This document shows positions 27,732 through 41,720 of a DNA stretch of 64,000 bases, in pieces. The stretch is from NCBI RefSeq assembly GCF_000181795.1, contig NW_003526943.1:746487-810486 (forward strand), given 5' to 3'. The notes beneath the pieces are model-generated. The model searched no databases. It had not been told where the DNA came from and saw nothing but the letters and a program-made list of their open reading frames with translations. Position numbers and translations under genes: made by a program. This DNA comes from Trichinella spiralis (taxonomy: Eukaryota). How positions within the stretch are numbered: position 1 is the first letter of the stretch; each line of letters opens with the position of its first letter.

Positions 27732-29842
27732 CTAAATACACGACTGCAAGCTGCTTGCACAAGGCATGTTGCCTGCGACGGTGAAAAGTCGTCCTGTACC
27801 GGCGCATGAGCAAAGTCTTCTTCCTAAAACGTTTGCCCTGAATGAAGGTGAATCTGACAACGGTAAGCGCTGGGCACTGGTCAGGAAAAGACCCTGGCCG
27901 GCAGTGAGATTCATTACACCACGATCCTGAAATAGTGGACAATTTTTCAATGGAAAAGGTTTTCATATTGTGTTCATTCAATTTACTCCAGTTTTCAATG
28001 TGATCGACTGCGTTGAGCGTATGTTCATGGCCCTCGAAGACAGCAGCGTGCCCTCGTTACCTCGAAAGCTCAAATTTTCAACGTCCAAAGTTAAAGCATT
28101 GTCCAATGGAGCTCTTATCTACAAAAAACAGCAAAAAATCCCTCTTCGCGCAAAATGCACAACTTGTTACTGTTATATGTGAATGAAAATTATAATTACT
28201 TTTTTAGTTTTTATCAGTTTGGTGGATATCTTTTTGATGTTCTTTTGAAGATGAAGAATTGGCTGCGATGCATCAAATGTTTTGTTCAATGTATTTCGCT
28301 CTCTGACGATGAAAGTGTTCACATTTTGCATTCGAATGCGATTTTCGTCTATAATCAAACCGACTGGCAGTGTAGTAGAATTGTTTGTTCTGATGACAAT
28401 CTGGAAAAAAGTGTTTTCCCTTTAAATCATTATTTATTTAAAAATTTTCAACCAAGCTTACTCTTGCAGCATCCGCATTCAAATCAGTATCTCTGTAACC
28501 ACCTACAGTACCAGTTTTACTAACCATATGCTGAAAGTACGTTTCAGAAGCAGCAAACTGTACCACAGGTTTTCCATCAACTGTTCGCCCAAATTGCACA
28601 CCATCCATTCCTTGATTGCCAATTTTCAAAAACATCACCAACAGAATGTTGCACTTCAAAGAAAATTTATTCAAGACAATAACTGATATAATTATCTTAA
28701 ACAGAAAGGAATTGAACACTTTCAACTTAAATAAATAAATAAATATATATACCTTTCCAAAATACAATATGAAAATCAACATCACTTAAATGCTTTTTCT
28801 ATTTATCAAGAAAATTTTTCTAATTTTAAAAATTGAAGTAATTTTATTCAATTTTTGTAACTGATGAGTAGAAAAAGCTTCAAATAACAACAAATTATAA
28901 CGTAAACAACATATACATATTATCCATTTTAATATTTCATTTGAATTCAAGTAATATCTTACCAGTAGAGCATAGTTCTGTACAAACAGTGAGTAATTGA
29001 TTGAAGTGATGACAAACAAAATTCACAACGCACATGCATAATTTACGCTCAATTTCTCCTGACATCATTTGTTGAATGGTTCAAGTTGAGCACTTCAACT
29101 AGGTTCGAAAATTTTATACTTTAGCTTAACCTTGAACAATATTCATGCAAATAAATGTTAATTTCACGCATTTTTCTTCAAGTCATTAATGAGTTTACTC
29201 AATTTGTTGCATATAATTATTAGGAACACTTCAGTCGTCGATTCCTTTTCTTCAATTTGCATGTAATTAGTTTTCAAATTCAGTGCATTTTCACCAATCA
29301 GTTATTTAATTTCTCTTGACTTGATATTAATATTACTAGATAAGACACGAATTAAATTGAAGACTGTTAATTTATGCAACTTTACAAGAAGACATTTATT
29401 TGGCCAAAAAAATATTTCTGAATAAAATTTCAAACCGACTGGAATGATTGATATTTAGCGCGCCATTAAATTGACATCAAAACCTATGATGTTATTTATT
29501 GACGTTGTTGTAATTAAGAAAAAGGAATTATCCTTCCAGAAGTGACAATTTTCAAAAGTTACAAATAAATATAATGAAGTTCCATGCATATATATCTTTT
29601 TTAATTCAATGAAAATGTTCCACAGAAAATTGAAAACTTACTACGAGATTGACAATTGCTATAAGCCACATTAAACCAACACAAACAAGCAAAGCGATCA
29701 GCTTGCGACCCCTGAGACCAACGAGAAGCAAATCTTCTTGCTCCACGTGCAAATCTGAGACTCTTGTATCCAACACATCCTTTCTGCTTGTAGAAGAAGT
29801 TGAACAGCATTGTTCTTCTGTGGTTTTTTTGTTCCTTTTCAT
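27732..29842 (-). CDS. SGCB: Beta-sarcoglycan, about 5 exons
   Basis: GLRGRK followed by a TM helix, KIGNQGMDGVQF, TVGGYRD, SFRGNEG and the C-terminal Cys cluster LCSCAGTGRLFTVAGNMPC...C*. Confidence 0.88.
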
Positions 29843-30540
29843 TTTTTTGAATATTCAGTATTTGTTAAAGAGCAAAATAAAATCAACAACCGAAATTTGT
29901 TCACGTTGTGGTTGTTGCCAATTTGCAGCAGTGCAATTCTGAAGAGCACTGACACAAAGAGAACGTTTGTTCCAAACTCAACAGCGGCTGTTTCGCATGT
30001 CAGTGCTTATCAGTGAAAAATTTCCAACAGATGGAAGCAATAATATGCGGTTTAACATTTGCCTTCTTTTCTTTCCATCGCATTTTCTTTCTTTCTCTTC
30101 ATCACATTAGAAATATATAAAACACATCTGAACACATTTACAATGAAACAACACATTTAAAATGTTCATGCATAAAACTTATTTATATAAAACAAAACAA
30201 AACAAAAATATAAATAAATAACGCTTGATTTACCAAATTATAAAATAAGAAAAATTTTCTAATGTTGCTAAATTTCTCCTTTTATCACACACCACACTAC
30301 TGTGTGCAGTGTTCTCAAACATCACTGCATTAAAATAATTCATTCTTTAACTTTCACTTACAACAACTGCACTGTATGTATCAGTAAAACTGTAATTTTA
30401 ATAATCAGTTTACATACAGTTTTCAAAGTATGCACAACACTGAACTTGATTAATAAATAATATGCGAATAATGTAATGAAAAACAAACTGCGCAATAAAA
30501 AAACCAAAGCAAAATTCACAATAAACAAAAAAATGAACAT

Positions 30541-33500
30541 TTATTTATCCAGTGGAGGCCAAATAGACATCACTTCTGCATGCTTCGCTTCAATAAGCCA
30601 TTCCAGATATTCACTGCGGAGAAATTTTTTTTCCGTCGACCAAACGCGTATCAAATCTGCTTTGCTTGATATTTTCCCGTTAACCAAAGCTCTGAGGAAT
30701 CTGTCGGTTCTGGTCTGAATCTTAGCCCATGGTTTAAAAATAATCGAAGGCGACGTTACAAGATACTTCTTGTAAGCTTGCAACTTTGAAAATACATTTC
30801 CATTCAAAAATTCCACCGCCAAATATCGGTAATAATCTAAATTTTCCGCATGTTTCACTTGCAAGCGTGACAAAAACCAACCGCTAACGCCATACGTACA
30901 ATCTACGATACAAGTGATACAGTCTTGCTCAGCACTGTAGTGAGGTTGTATAGTTTTCAGTGGTTCACCAAAATGACAATAACCTTTAGCAAGTTTTGGC
31001 AACCAATCTGGCTCAATAGCTAATACATTTATCATACATTTCTTTTCATTGCACCCGTCGATCACTTCTTGATAAACAACCCATTCTGGTTGTAATTTTA
31101 CCAATGTTGAACTCGGATGAATCCAAAGATGATCTTTGATTACAGAAGATGAGTAAGCAATTCTATTATTATTGCTTACTGCATCGTTTCTTCGTGCTAC
31201 ATTATCACACAACCCAATTAATAACAACTGTCTCAGCAAAATCATTCGTTCAGAATTTGGAATTTCTAATTTCTGATCTAAAGTCAAATCGATCCCAGGA
31301 AATATTAAATTAATCATATTCGTCAACTGACGTCGTAATTTGCGAATTTCCAACAGCGCTTTCATTCGAATGCTGTACGATTTACAAACTCCTGACAAGT
31401 TGTTACTTTTCTCAGCCAACAGTACACTTTGAAGCATCACCCCAAAATCGCCCATCAACAGTGATTGGCCTTGCCCAGCTAAATCACGTCTGCAGTTCAA
31501 GCATGCTTTGATACGCTTTTTCTTTTCTTCCACGTTCGGGGCAGAAATACTGCTGGGATTAATTAAAACTTCTCTCACAGAAAGAGCTGCCACCAAGCAA
31601 ACAGCGTGGGCTAGCAAATTTCTTTGACACGCAAGGGATAACATTTTCCCATAACGTGGAGCTAATGGAAACAAAGCAACACTTCGACCAAGATTCGTAA
31701 TCTTTGTCACTTCTTTTCCTTTGCAATCAACCTGCCTTTCCAACAAATCCAATTTCAATAATCTCTCTTCGGAAGCTTGCAACGCTTCAACACTTAACGG
31801 TGACGGAAATGGAAAATTTTGAACTCTTAGTATATTCATCGATTTCATTTGTAATACTAAGTCATCTGGAGGTTTAGTCAAAATTTCCGGTGTCGAATAT
31901 TTCTCAAATTCATTGTACACAGCAGATGAGTACAGACGATAGCAGTGGCCAGGAGCTACACGACCGGCTCGACCTGCACGCTGATCTGCAGACGCTTTCG
32001 ATATCCAGTGAACTACAAATTTAGAAATCCCTGTCACTGGATCGTATAAGCGCACTTTCTCTTTGCCTGTATCCACAACATAACGCACGTTTGGAATTGT
32101 AATTGAAGTTTCAGCTACGTTTGTAGAAATAATACAAAGTCGACATCCTTCTGGAATTGGTTCGAAAATTCTTGCCTGTTTTTTGCTTTCCATCAGTGAA
32201 TACAATGGCAAACAGTATAATGGAATCTCTTCATTTTTCAGATCTGAAAGTATAATATCATCTTTTGGCTCAACAGTGTCGAACAGATCTAAATCCGGTG
32301 CATCCATTTCATTCAAATCTACTTTATCATCAGCCGGAATTATGTAATCATCCAAGTTGATTACAGTGTCGTTTCTTGGTCTATAATTTTCACGCTTTCT
32401 CTTAGACTTCATAGAAAAATTCCGACGCTGAAACTTTTCACTAGAATTATTATCAATTTTAACTATTCCTTCCATTGGAAAAGTTTTCTTCAACCAACTG
32501 ACCAATGTGTAAACTTCTTGTTGACCAGATACAAATACTAGTATAGCACCTTCTGGCAAAAGACGATGCACCTGACATACCTTCCTGAATGCAGCTGCTA
32601 AATAATCTTCATCCGTATGACGATTGAAGTATACTGTTACTGGATACTGACGAGAAGAAACATGAATGACACGAGGCGTTTGCTTAAAAAGTTTAGGTGA
32701 CAAAAAGTCTTCCACTCTTAAAGTAGCTGACATGATAACAAGATGCAGCTTATCGTTGCGCTTTTGCCGTAACAGAATAATTCTGGAGAGCAAACCAATC
32801 AAAATGTCACTATACATGCTTCTTTCATGAGCCTCGTCAATCAAAATAGCTGAATAATTACTGAGCAAAAAATCTTTCTGTATTTCCCTCAATAATACAC
32901 CATCAGTCATGAATTTCACTTTCGTATGTTCAGTAGTGTTTCCTTCAAACCGAATTTGGTAAGAAACAACATCAACACCAACGTTCATTTCTTCAGCCAC
33001 CCGTTTGGACATACTTATCGCAGCAACACGACGAGGTTCAGTTATTCCAATTATTTTACCATTCAGTGCCATACCTGCTTCATACAAAAATTGTGGCACT
33101 TGAGTTGTTTTTCCAGAGCCAGTTTCACCGCATATAATTACAACGGGGCATTCTTTAATTGCTTCCATGATCACCTGCTCTTCTGCAACAACAGGCAGTT
33201 TCAACCTCTGCTTTTCTATATCCGGTTGACGATAAATCGGAACATAAGTGGCAGTTTTGTTGTTTACCAACTTCAGACTTTGCTTGTTTTCAATAACGGA
33301 TGAAACTGTACTTTCAGCACTGACAGCTAACTTTACACTTTGTTCTTGACAAAGAAGAAAATTATTATGCATCAATAAAACAAACAACTCGCTTACCTTG
33401 AACAGAAATGTCAGCATTGGAAATATTATTTTGAACATACTCATGATTATCATGCTCAGATTTTTCATTTTCAGCTGAAGTTTCTGTTTCAAAATACTGA

Positions 33501-34397
33501 ATAAGATTATTATTGACAAAGTTTCCATTTTCCGCAGGGTAGTTAAGCTCTTCTGACTGTATCTTTTCATCAAATTTCAAATCACTCTTTCTAAAATTAG
33601 CATGATAAAATTTTACTATATGCTATACTATAAACAGTATATATATATATATAGGTAAAGATGTCTGGACATAAAACTAAATAACTGATCATTATATAAT
33701 AAAATATTGCTCACTGTAAATCATACCTTCTCTTCAATTTTTCGTGCAGTCCAGAAACTGAATTCAACAATTTCATTTCCTCATCGCTTATTTTCCATCG
33801 ACTAAGCTTCTCGTATATCACATTTCTCTAAATTAATTTTTATGACATATTTTAAGCATTTTGCTTAAATAAAACACCACATGCTTATAAGGAAAAGCGG
33901 TTACATAAACTTCAATGATACAGTTGCTCATAAATGATGTTTTAATTGTTCGCCTTTGAAATGTATCAAAAATACACTTATACACAAAAAAGTAACAAAA
34001 AATAATGTGAAGGAACTAAACAAGTATAATTAAGATAAGTTTGAAAGTATCTGCATGACTATTTCATTAAAAAATATTAAAACATTTTCTTAGTGGAGAA
34101 CATTTAAAACAAAATGAGCCAGTTTCTTCAATATCTACAAATACTTACATCGACATTTTTTCTTTTACGTGACAAAATTTTTTTTAATTCCTTTGCTTTC
34201 TTCTTCGAAATGCATTTGGCTTTTAATTTCTTTTTCGTCGATATATTCACTCCTTTGATTGAGGCATCTTTATTTGATTTGTTGACCTGTTTTTTTCGTG
34301 GTTCCAGAACAAAAGCATTGCTGGTATCGTGGGCTAAGATATACGTTGGTTCTTCTGACATAATCTCTCCTATATTAAACGAAATTTGCCTGCTCAT
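30541..34397 (-). CDS. DHX37: DEAH-box RNA helicase DHX37 (Dhr1/Ecm16, kurz), 4 exons including a ~2.8-kb terminal exon
   Basis: GETGSGKTTQVPQFLYEAG, TEPRRVAA, DEAH, MSAT, RQYPVTVYFNR, LPLYSL, TNVAETSITIP, WISKASADQRAGRAGR and the DHX37-type C-terminal region KPWAK...EYLEW. The start may be 34361. Confidence 0.92.
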
Positions 34398-35793
34398 TAT
34401 ATTAAAAAATCATCAAAAACTATCTGAAGCAATTTTTGTTTTCTTTTTACAGTACTCATTTAATTACCTGTGTTTTTTATTATAGCAAAAATATTTGCTC
34501 AAAAACGAAAAATACGGTAATAAATAATAAAAACAAGAACTAATTTTAAAAATAATTTTTGAGCATCGATTTTTAATAAACTTTCACATACTATACTTTT
34601 ATCTAGTGTCATATGACATCTGCACATGACAATTGCTAAAATTAAAACACACATCAGTGATTACAGCGGTAACATATCAGATATAATTAAAAACTCAGTC
34701 AAGCAATTACTAATTCAAAAATTTATTAATAATAAGGGAAAAATTACAAGTTTGATTAAATGAAAATTTATACTACTTGACATACTGTATACTGACGTTT
34801 CAAAACAAACAAGTACTGTATATTGGGAAGTTTCAAAATTAAATACAAACGACATGATTTTTTCTGTTTTTTCCTTATTATTACAAATAAATATATTTTT
34901 TATTATAAAAATTGATTTTTATTTATTATTAAATGCTTAAAAAATAAATTATATCAAAAATAACTGGTGCTTTTTACTGGTGAATACCATGATATTATTG
35001 AAAGTTAGCTAATCAACGTTATGACTAATAAAGCATTTTAAATAAAATTTTGACTATAAAAAATAATAAATATTTTGTTAATAGGACTTATTAAATCAGT
35101 TGTAACATTTTGAAATTAAACATTAAAATGTGATTTTCAGGCATTATTTTGATAAGCACAACTTACAGTATGTCGTTGTTCAAACTGTGTTGCTGACTGT
35201 CTTTGCTGAATTCTCGGTATTTTTAATTTGTTATTTGTCGGGTTAGTTTATGTTAACAGATGAGTCTTTTTAAAGGGAGTATTATTTTAAAGGTTGAAGC
35301 TTGCTCAATCGTTTTACATTTCGTGAAAACGATTTCAGAGCACAATCATCTTATCAATCGGTTATGCTGTTGTTACTTTGTTATCGGTGTTAATTGAATT
35401 GTCTGTAAAGGTTTGTATGTTGTGTATGATGCTTAAAAAGGGAGAGGTTTTTTTTGCTTCTAATATTCTAAGCATATTTCTTAACACCGATCGCAGCTTT
35501 CCACATTTATTCATCTACATTCTTCCACTGACGAAAAGCTTTCTACGGTTCGTATTTTTATACGAACGAATTCAGAGGCTCGTCATTTTTCACATAAATT
35601 TATCTGCTCATATTCAAACAGCGACCGGTAAAATCAATGAAAGGTTATACTGTTTCGCTGCTCTTCTTTTCAAAGTTCCATTTTCTTCGAATGTGTGGTA
35701 TTGTTTTTGAAATTTTCTGAATGCTTGTCTTGTTGTATTATTCTTGGCAGTAATTCTTCGTTTTGGTTTTAGGTTGTAATTTATATATTCACG

Positions 35794-37913
35794 ATGGTCC
35801 TTCATGATTTTGTCGATGGTGAATGGGTAGGTGAAAGATCAAATTGTTTTGATATAGCAAGAGACGCTGTAGAATCAGAAGCATGCGTCATTGCATGTGA
35901 TTATATCAATCATCGATTGTTAAAATCGAATTATGTTTGGACCGATTGTCCAGACCTGCCGAAGCCAAATTGTATATCGTTATGTATGCGGACGATGGGT
36001 GAAGAATTGGAGCAGCGCTATGAACGCAGCTTCAAAAGCATGAGCGAAACGCTTCAGATTTCGCCAACTACCGCTTATCCGACATTTCTGGCAATATGCG
36101 ATGAATTGTTCAACGACGGCATACGCTGGGGTCGCATTGTTGCTTTGTACGCTTTTGGCGGAAGTCTTTCTCTTCAGTGCGTCCGTAACAATATGCCAGA
36201 ATTAGTCAGTAGCATCGCAGATTGGCTGGCAATGTATACTGAGACGCATTTGTCGCAGTGGATCATTGAAAATGGCGGTTGGGTAATTAATATTTCTTTT
36301 TTATTTTAATTATCTGTTTTTAACGAAAAAATTTTCAATATGCACCTAGGCATTAATTCTCTGTTAAAGGTCATTATTGCGATCATTTACTTTTGTTTAT
36401 CCTATATTGATTTGCTATTACTTTTCTATCATTTATCAATTTATCGTAGATAACTAGTTTCCGTAATGCAGTTCGTTTAGCTGTTGGTTAATCTTAGTTT
36501 ATTTTATATACTCTGAGCAAACAATTGATAAATTATTGAATGTTGAATGAACAGAATGTCCATTGATTTTAGAAAATAGGTTTTCGTTGTTTATTCTAGT
36601 CTTCAGCATGTATTAAATTATCGTCACCAATTAATTGTATTTGAGAACTTGAGAATAAAATTACAAATCTTATAGCTAGTATACGTAGGTGTGTGTATGG
36701 CAGGTTAAGAAGAAGAATGTTGTTTTTCTTTTCGTATTGCTTTTATTATGCTACAAATGTACGTTAAAGTAGGTCGCCATCTTTTACAGAATGCGAAAGT
36801 TTTAGAAGTTCATGAAAAATTTTTTAAATTACACCTTATAACGTATTCTGACACACAGTGAATGTCCATTATCCATTATGAGCTTATAGGAGAGAGAGAA
36901 AAAAAAGAAGAGTATGCATGCGACCTAAGTTTTGACATTTCCCATGGAAAACAACAAAGGCCATTCTCTCTGTTTGCAGGGTCAGGGAAACGACACGCAC
37001 GTTCTTTGCGTACTTTCAGCTATAGAAGAGTATACAGAGTTGGTGGTGTAGTCCAGTTTACTTACCTCGGCCTATAATTTTTTGATTGATCAGCCAGCAG
37101 ATGTGTCCTCTTAAAGAGTTAGGAGGCCAACCGCAGAAAATCTGTCACAGCAAGATAAGCTTTATTCTATTTCTACTGCCATTATTTTTTGCTCATACGA
37201 CAACAGCATATGCTGAACATCTGCGAATCAGGCTGAAATTGAAAAATGGCCAACACTTTTCCAAAGCGATGATTTAGAGACAATTCACTTTTTTTAATTG
37301 GTTAATTTTGTGCTCCAAAAAGTTTATTTCTAGAGGCAAATTTTTTTTAATTAATTTTTTAAATGATCATTGTAAAGTTTTTTTTATACAAAACAGCAGA
37401 ACGTTGAAAATTTAGTTCATAACAAAGATGAGGGTTCATTTAGTGCAGTGCAATTGTTGTAAATGGATAGTTTTTGTGTGAAGGTTTGGAAAGGTTTGAA
37501 ATAGCAAGTTTGACGTGTTTTATTATGTGTAATAGGAATATCCGAATTTTGATTTGAACTTTCTTTTCAACAAACTGGTTCAACAATTTTGAGGTTATAT
37601 ATGTATGTATTGATGATTTTTAACGAACGTAATATTTCTTATTTTGGCAACTGCTAATTTCAATGCTAATTGATTTTATTTATTTAATTTTATTACTATT
37701 TTGTTAAACAAAAAAAAAGCTGTAAAAAATTTAATAAATTGATCGTAATAGTTTTGTTGCATTATGTTAAAATTTTAGGAAGGCTTTGTGAAGTTCTATC
37801 ACGAAAGCTCTGTAAAACAACAGACGTCATACAGAGAGGTGATCGCAAGCGTTGGCGTTGTATGCGCTGCGATTGGAGTGATGGCCATCGGTATAATGAT
37901 GGCGAAACATTGA
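35794..37913 (+). CDS. Bcl-2 family protein (Bcl-2/Bcl-xL-like, BH4-BH3-BH1-BH2-TM); exons 35794-36282 and 37779-37913
   Basis: BH4-like DYINHRLLKSNYVW, BH3-like MRTMGEELEQRY, BH1 ELFNDGIRWGRIVALYAFG, BH2 WIIENGGW|EGFVKFY and tail anchor VIASVGVVCAAIGVMAIGIMMAKH*. Confidence 0.92.
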
Positions 37914-38195
37914 ATGTGAAGACAAAGTATACAAAAGTAGATTGATTACCAAGTTGCTATAGCAGTACGATAACGAAAAAGTTCATATCCCAGTTTTGTT
38001 TTTATTTTACATATATAACAATTTTCAATTTTCACCTACAAACATAAGTTTTCAGCCTTTATAATATCACCCTTTTTTTAAATTAAAAAACATTTGTGTT
38101 ATTTTCACAAAATAAATGATGCATGTAATATATAGTTAGTAGAATTTTTCTGTACTGTTAGCCACTATTTCGATATTCTGTATTTCATGTCCATG

Positions 38196-40532
38196 TTATT
38201 CTTCTTTTTCGAAAGTACGACCCCTATAATATAATGAAGTTTTATTATTCATTACACGTTATGACTTGAAAAATGCTTTTACATTATAGTTTTCCGCTCT
38301 GGTATAACTTTCGGTTTTGCGCGATTGAGTATTTTTAAGAATTCGTCCGTTTTGGAACGCATTCTCGATTGGATGAAGGCCTATGCGAAGTAATAACAGC
38401 AACAAATTTGTAAAACAATAACAAACTTTAATTACTTTTGTGCCTTTAATATGATAATGAAGATAACTTCGGAATATACTAAGCAAATCTATTGTATTAT
38501 CACGTGACGCTTTGCATGTGTGCTTCGGTAATAATACTAAAAAAAATTTACATATACACACATATCTCATTGTGACCTTTTCCTGTTTTGTAATTTAACT
38601 TTCATAATACTATGTAATGCTGTTTTTTAAGGTTTTAAGTAAGCAAATTGTGTCACTTAATCGATAAAAATGTTTGTCTGCAAACAGCAATTGTTGACTG
38701 AAAATATTTCAGATCATGCACCAAACATTTTTTAAAATATGCTTCCTGTTTTAATTGCATTTTATGTTAAAAAAATATTAACCAATGAAGTGTTCGAATT
38801 TAAAATGTAATTCATCACCTCATCACCTTTCTACATTTCTACCTCTAGTGAAAAATCGAGGATTTCGCGATTCGATAGCGTCGATACCAAAGAGTAGCCC
38901 CATTCGTTGGAAATATAATCGATACGTTCGTTTTGAGGAACCGAAATTCGTAATTAATATTTTGCGTTGATTTGATCAAAAAAGTGGAGCCAGAAAAAAA
39001 AGATTCAGGTAGGTGCATCAGACAAACTTCCTTCAGATTCACATATTATTATGGCATTGAAATTAGTTCCAAGTGAACAATTTCTGCAGAGAAAAAAGAC
39101 ATTTTTCAAAGCACTTTTGCCTATGTTCATTTGATGAATCATTGTTTGAACTCCTATTTCTGTGCATACACACTAAAATCAAATTCAGCTGCGAAACGAA
39201 TTGATTTGTTTAAAGCGTTAAGCTAATTCTACTATTAAAAAAAACTTATAATTTAAAACATTTTCAAGCCATGTATGACACAGCGTATGTACATTTCAAA
39301 TGACACATGCAGCTTACCAAATGTTACATAGCCGATTCCTTCTGATATTCGAGCATTTGAATTTTTAAGTTCCAGAGGAGGTTCTCCTAAACTGAAAATC
39401 ACCTGCGGTGCGGTTTGAGATGCTCTTTTTCCATGTATTTCCTAATGAATATTACATTCTATGAAATAACCAATTCGGTCACACAATTGTTATGTAAAAA
39501 ATTACTTGTAAAAATATTTTTCCAATAATGATGTCAGCAGGATCATTAAACACTGTGCTGAATATGACTGTTACTCGATCACTCTTTGCTTCCACATACC
39601 TTAAAACATCTGCTTTATTTATGTACTACATTTTGATATTCTTCCGCTATACATTGTTTCATCTTCTCTATAATGTATGACAGCTCTGTTTTGTCCAGCA
39701 TCGCCGCGTTCTTGAAATTCAAAATATTTTTCGAAAACCGAAGCCAAACAATTGCGTTTCAGTCTTGCTGCTTTGAATATTAAATCATCATATTTTTGCG
39801 GTATTTCTGTCAAATCATATATAAGAGATATGTTGTACTGAGGCTCTGGTATCTCTGTCACATATACTCCATATTCTTGGCGAATGCGCTATAAAAAATA
39901 ATATCAGGTTAAAATGATTACTATTTGGTAGGCTTAAATGTGCAATATATTTAAAGATTATCATGAACAAAATAATTCCATTTCTTAAAAATACTTGATG
40001 AAAGTTATACTGTTCTTTTCTTTACTCTTTATTCAAAATTGTTCATCATTAAACTGCATTTCTGAAAAATGAACATATTGCAAGAAGAAAAGTTTGGTAA
40101 AATTAAATATTGAAGTATAAAAAAAGGAAAACTTCTTTGTGAGAAAAAGCCACCTGAAGATGAGGCAAATTCAGCTGTACAAAACTTACTTCGTTAATTC
40201 CATGCTCCTGCAATTCTTCGTAATATGATAGATAAATGCTAAGCTGAAATTTAATCGATTTTATTTTAAGGTTGATCAAAGGAATACCTGCAAATGTACC
40301 ATAATTTTGTTCTTATCATCGTTTGGATTCGACATATGATATGCAACGCCATCGAAGTCTTTAAAATGAAAATTAACACTTTCAAGACGGTTACTAAAGA
40401 AAAAAGGTAAGTTATGAAAAATTATTTTAAATTGAGAAATTACCCAGCTAATGCATTTGAAAATTGGTTGCTCAATGCCTCCGTGATAAACTTATTACTT
40501 GAATCCAACATAATTGTTGCTTTCGACATCAT
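38196..40532 (-). CDS. ARPC2: Arp2/3 complex subunit 2 (p34-Arc, arx-4)
   Basis: Exons translate to [95 protein letters not shown] and a final GRTFEKEE*. Confidence 0.95.
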
Positions 40533-41263
40533 TCTTACTTTGAAATGAGAAAACTTCTAAAAGAACTGAAATTAACACATAGTTTAACATTAACACGTTA
40601 CAGTATAAATAAAAAGTAAGTTTAATTATTGCTCAATGTGACGTCAAAACTTTTTGCAAAATAAATTTTTATAGTGATTTCTTTTATTTTGCTTTAATAT
40701 GTTTGATTTACAATTTAGAATTATTAATAAATTATTTGAATCGTGTTGAACTGATTTTTTATTTCAATTTTTTTCTGTGGCTCATTCAAATAATTTTGTA
40801 TTTCAGTTGTAATATTTAAAGTAAATCTTCAAAAATTTAATGATGATGATAATAATATTATTATTATGTAGGCACGCTCTTTTACATATGTGAAATATGA
40901 TTAAATGATAATTTCAAAATGAATAATAAAAATTGCAGTTTAGTATTTGATTTTGATTTGAAGAATGATTTTTTGAAGCGCGTCCCATATTGTTGAATAT
41001 TTATTCAATAGCAGAAGTGCATTCTGGTTAAAATCGCAATGTTCTTTCATTTTCAGAAACCGTGATTGATTTTTCAGTGATGATTATATTTTTATAATTA
41101 AAATTATTTTCCATAATTATTATAGTACCATATAATGGACAATAATTGTAAAGCAAGAACTGTAAACTGTCTTCCAAACATCATGTTCAACGTATTGGGC
41201 AAAATGCCAAGCACGAAAATCGATTAAAAACTTATTACATGCGCACATACATGCACACATATA

Positions 41264-41300
41264 TACATACATACATACATACATACATACATACATACAT
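41264..41300. repeat. (ACAT)n microsatellite
   Basis: Tandem ACAT/TACA units. Confidence 0.9.
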
Positions 41301-41720
41301 TTATACATATAATAACGGTTAGATGACTCAAGGGGTACAATGTTTCATAATAACGATTTTGACAGAAACATGTTGTCACCATATTCATTCACCTAAATTC
41401 CAATAAGTGAAAACATATTAATACAAGGAAAAAATAAGTACATTTTGAAGTAACATTAATTCAATAGCATATTATTTATTATATTGCATTGAAAATTCTA
41501 ATCATGAAAGAAAATTTTAAACTGATGTGAAGGGAGCGTACTGAATGCATTTGGTTTCAGCATTATCTGATTTGACTGAAACATGAAAAGAATTTTATGT
41601 AATTAAATAGCATTCTACGGAGATGATTATATTCTTATCTTTGAGATTTTATTGTATTTGTATATTTTAAAGTTATAAAAAATGTGTATACTTGTTAAGT
41701 GTAAGTATATAAATATGAAA

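Noticed and set aside
33345..33573. Hydrophobic N-terminus of the 1010-aa DHX37 ORF
   Set aside because: An artefact of reading through an intron and an out-of-frame exon. The true exon begins near EQSVK (~33344).
37058..37085. ACTTACCT followed by AATTTTTTG, suggesting U1 or an Sm RNA
   Set aside because: Only about 10 nt separate them and there is no U1 body. It is better explained as a minus-strand splice donor.
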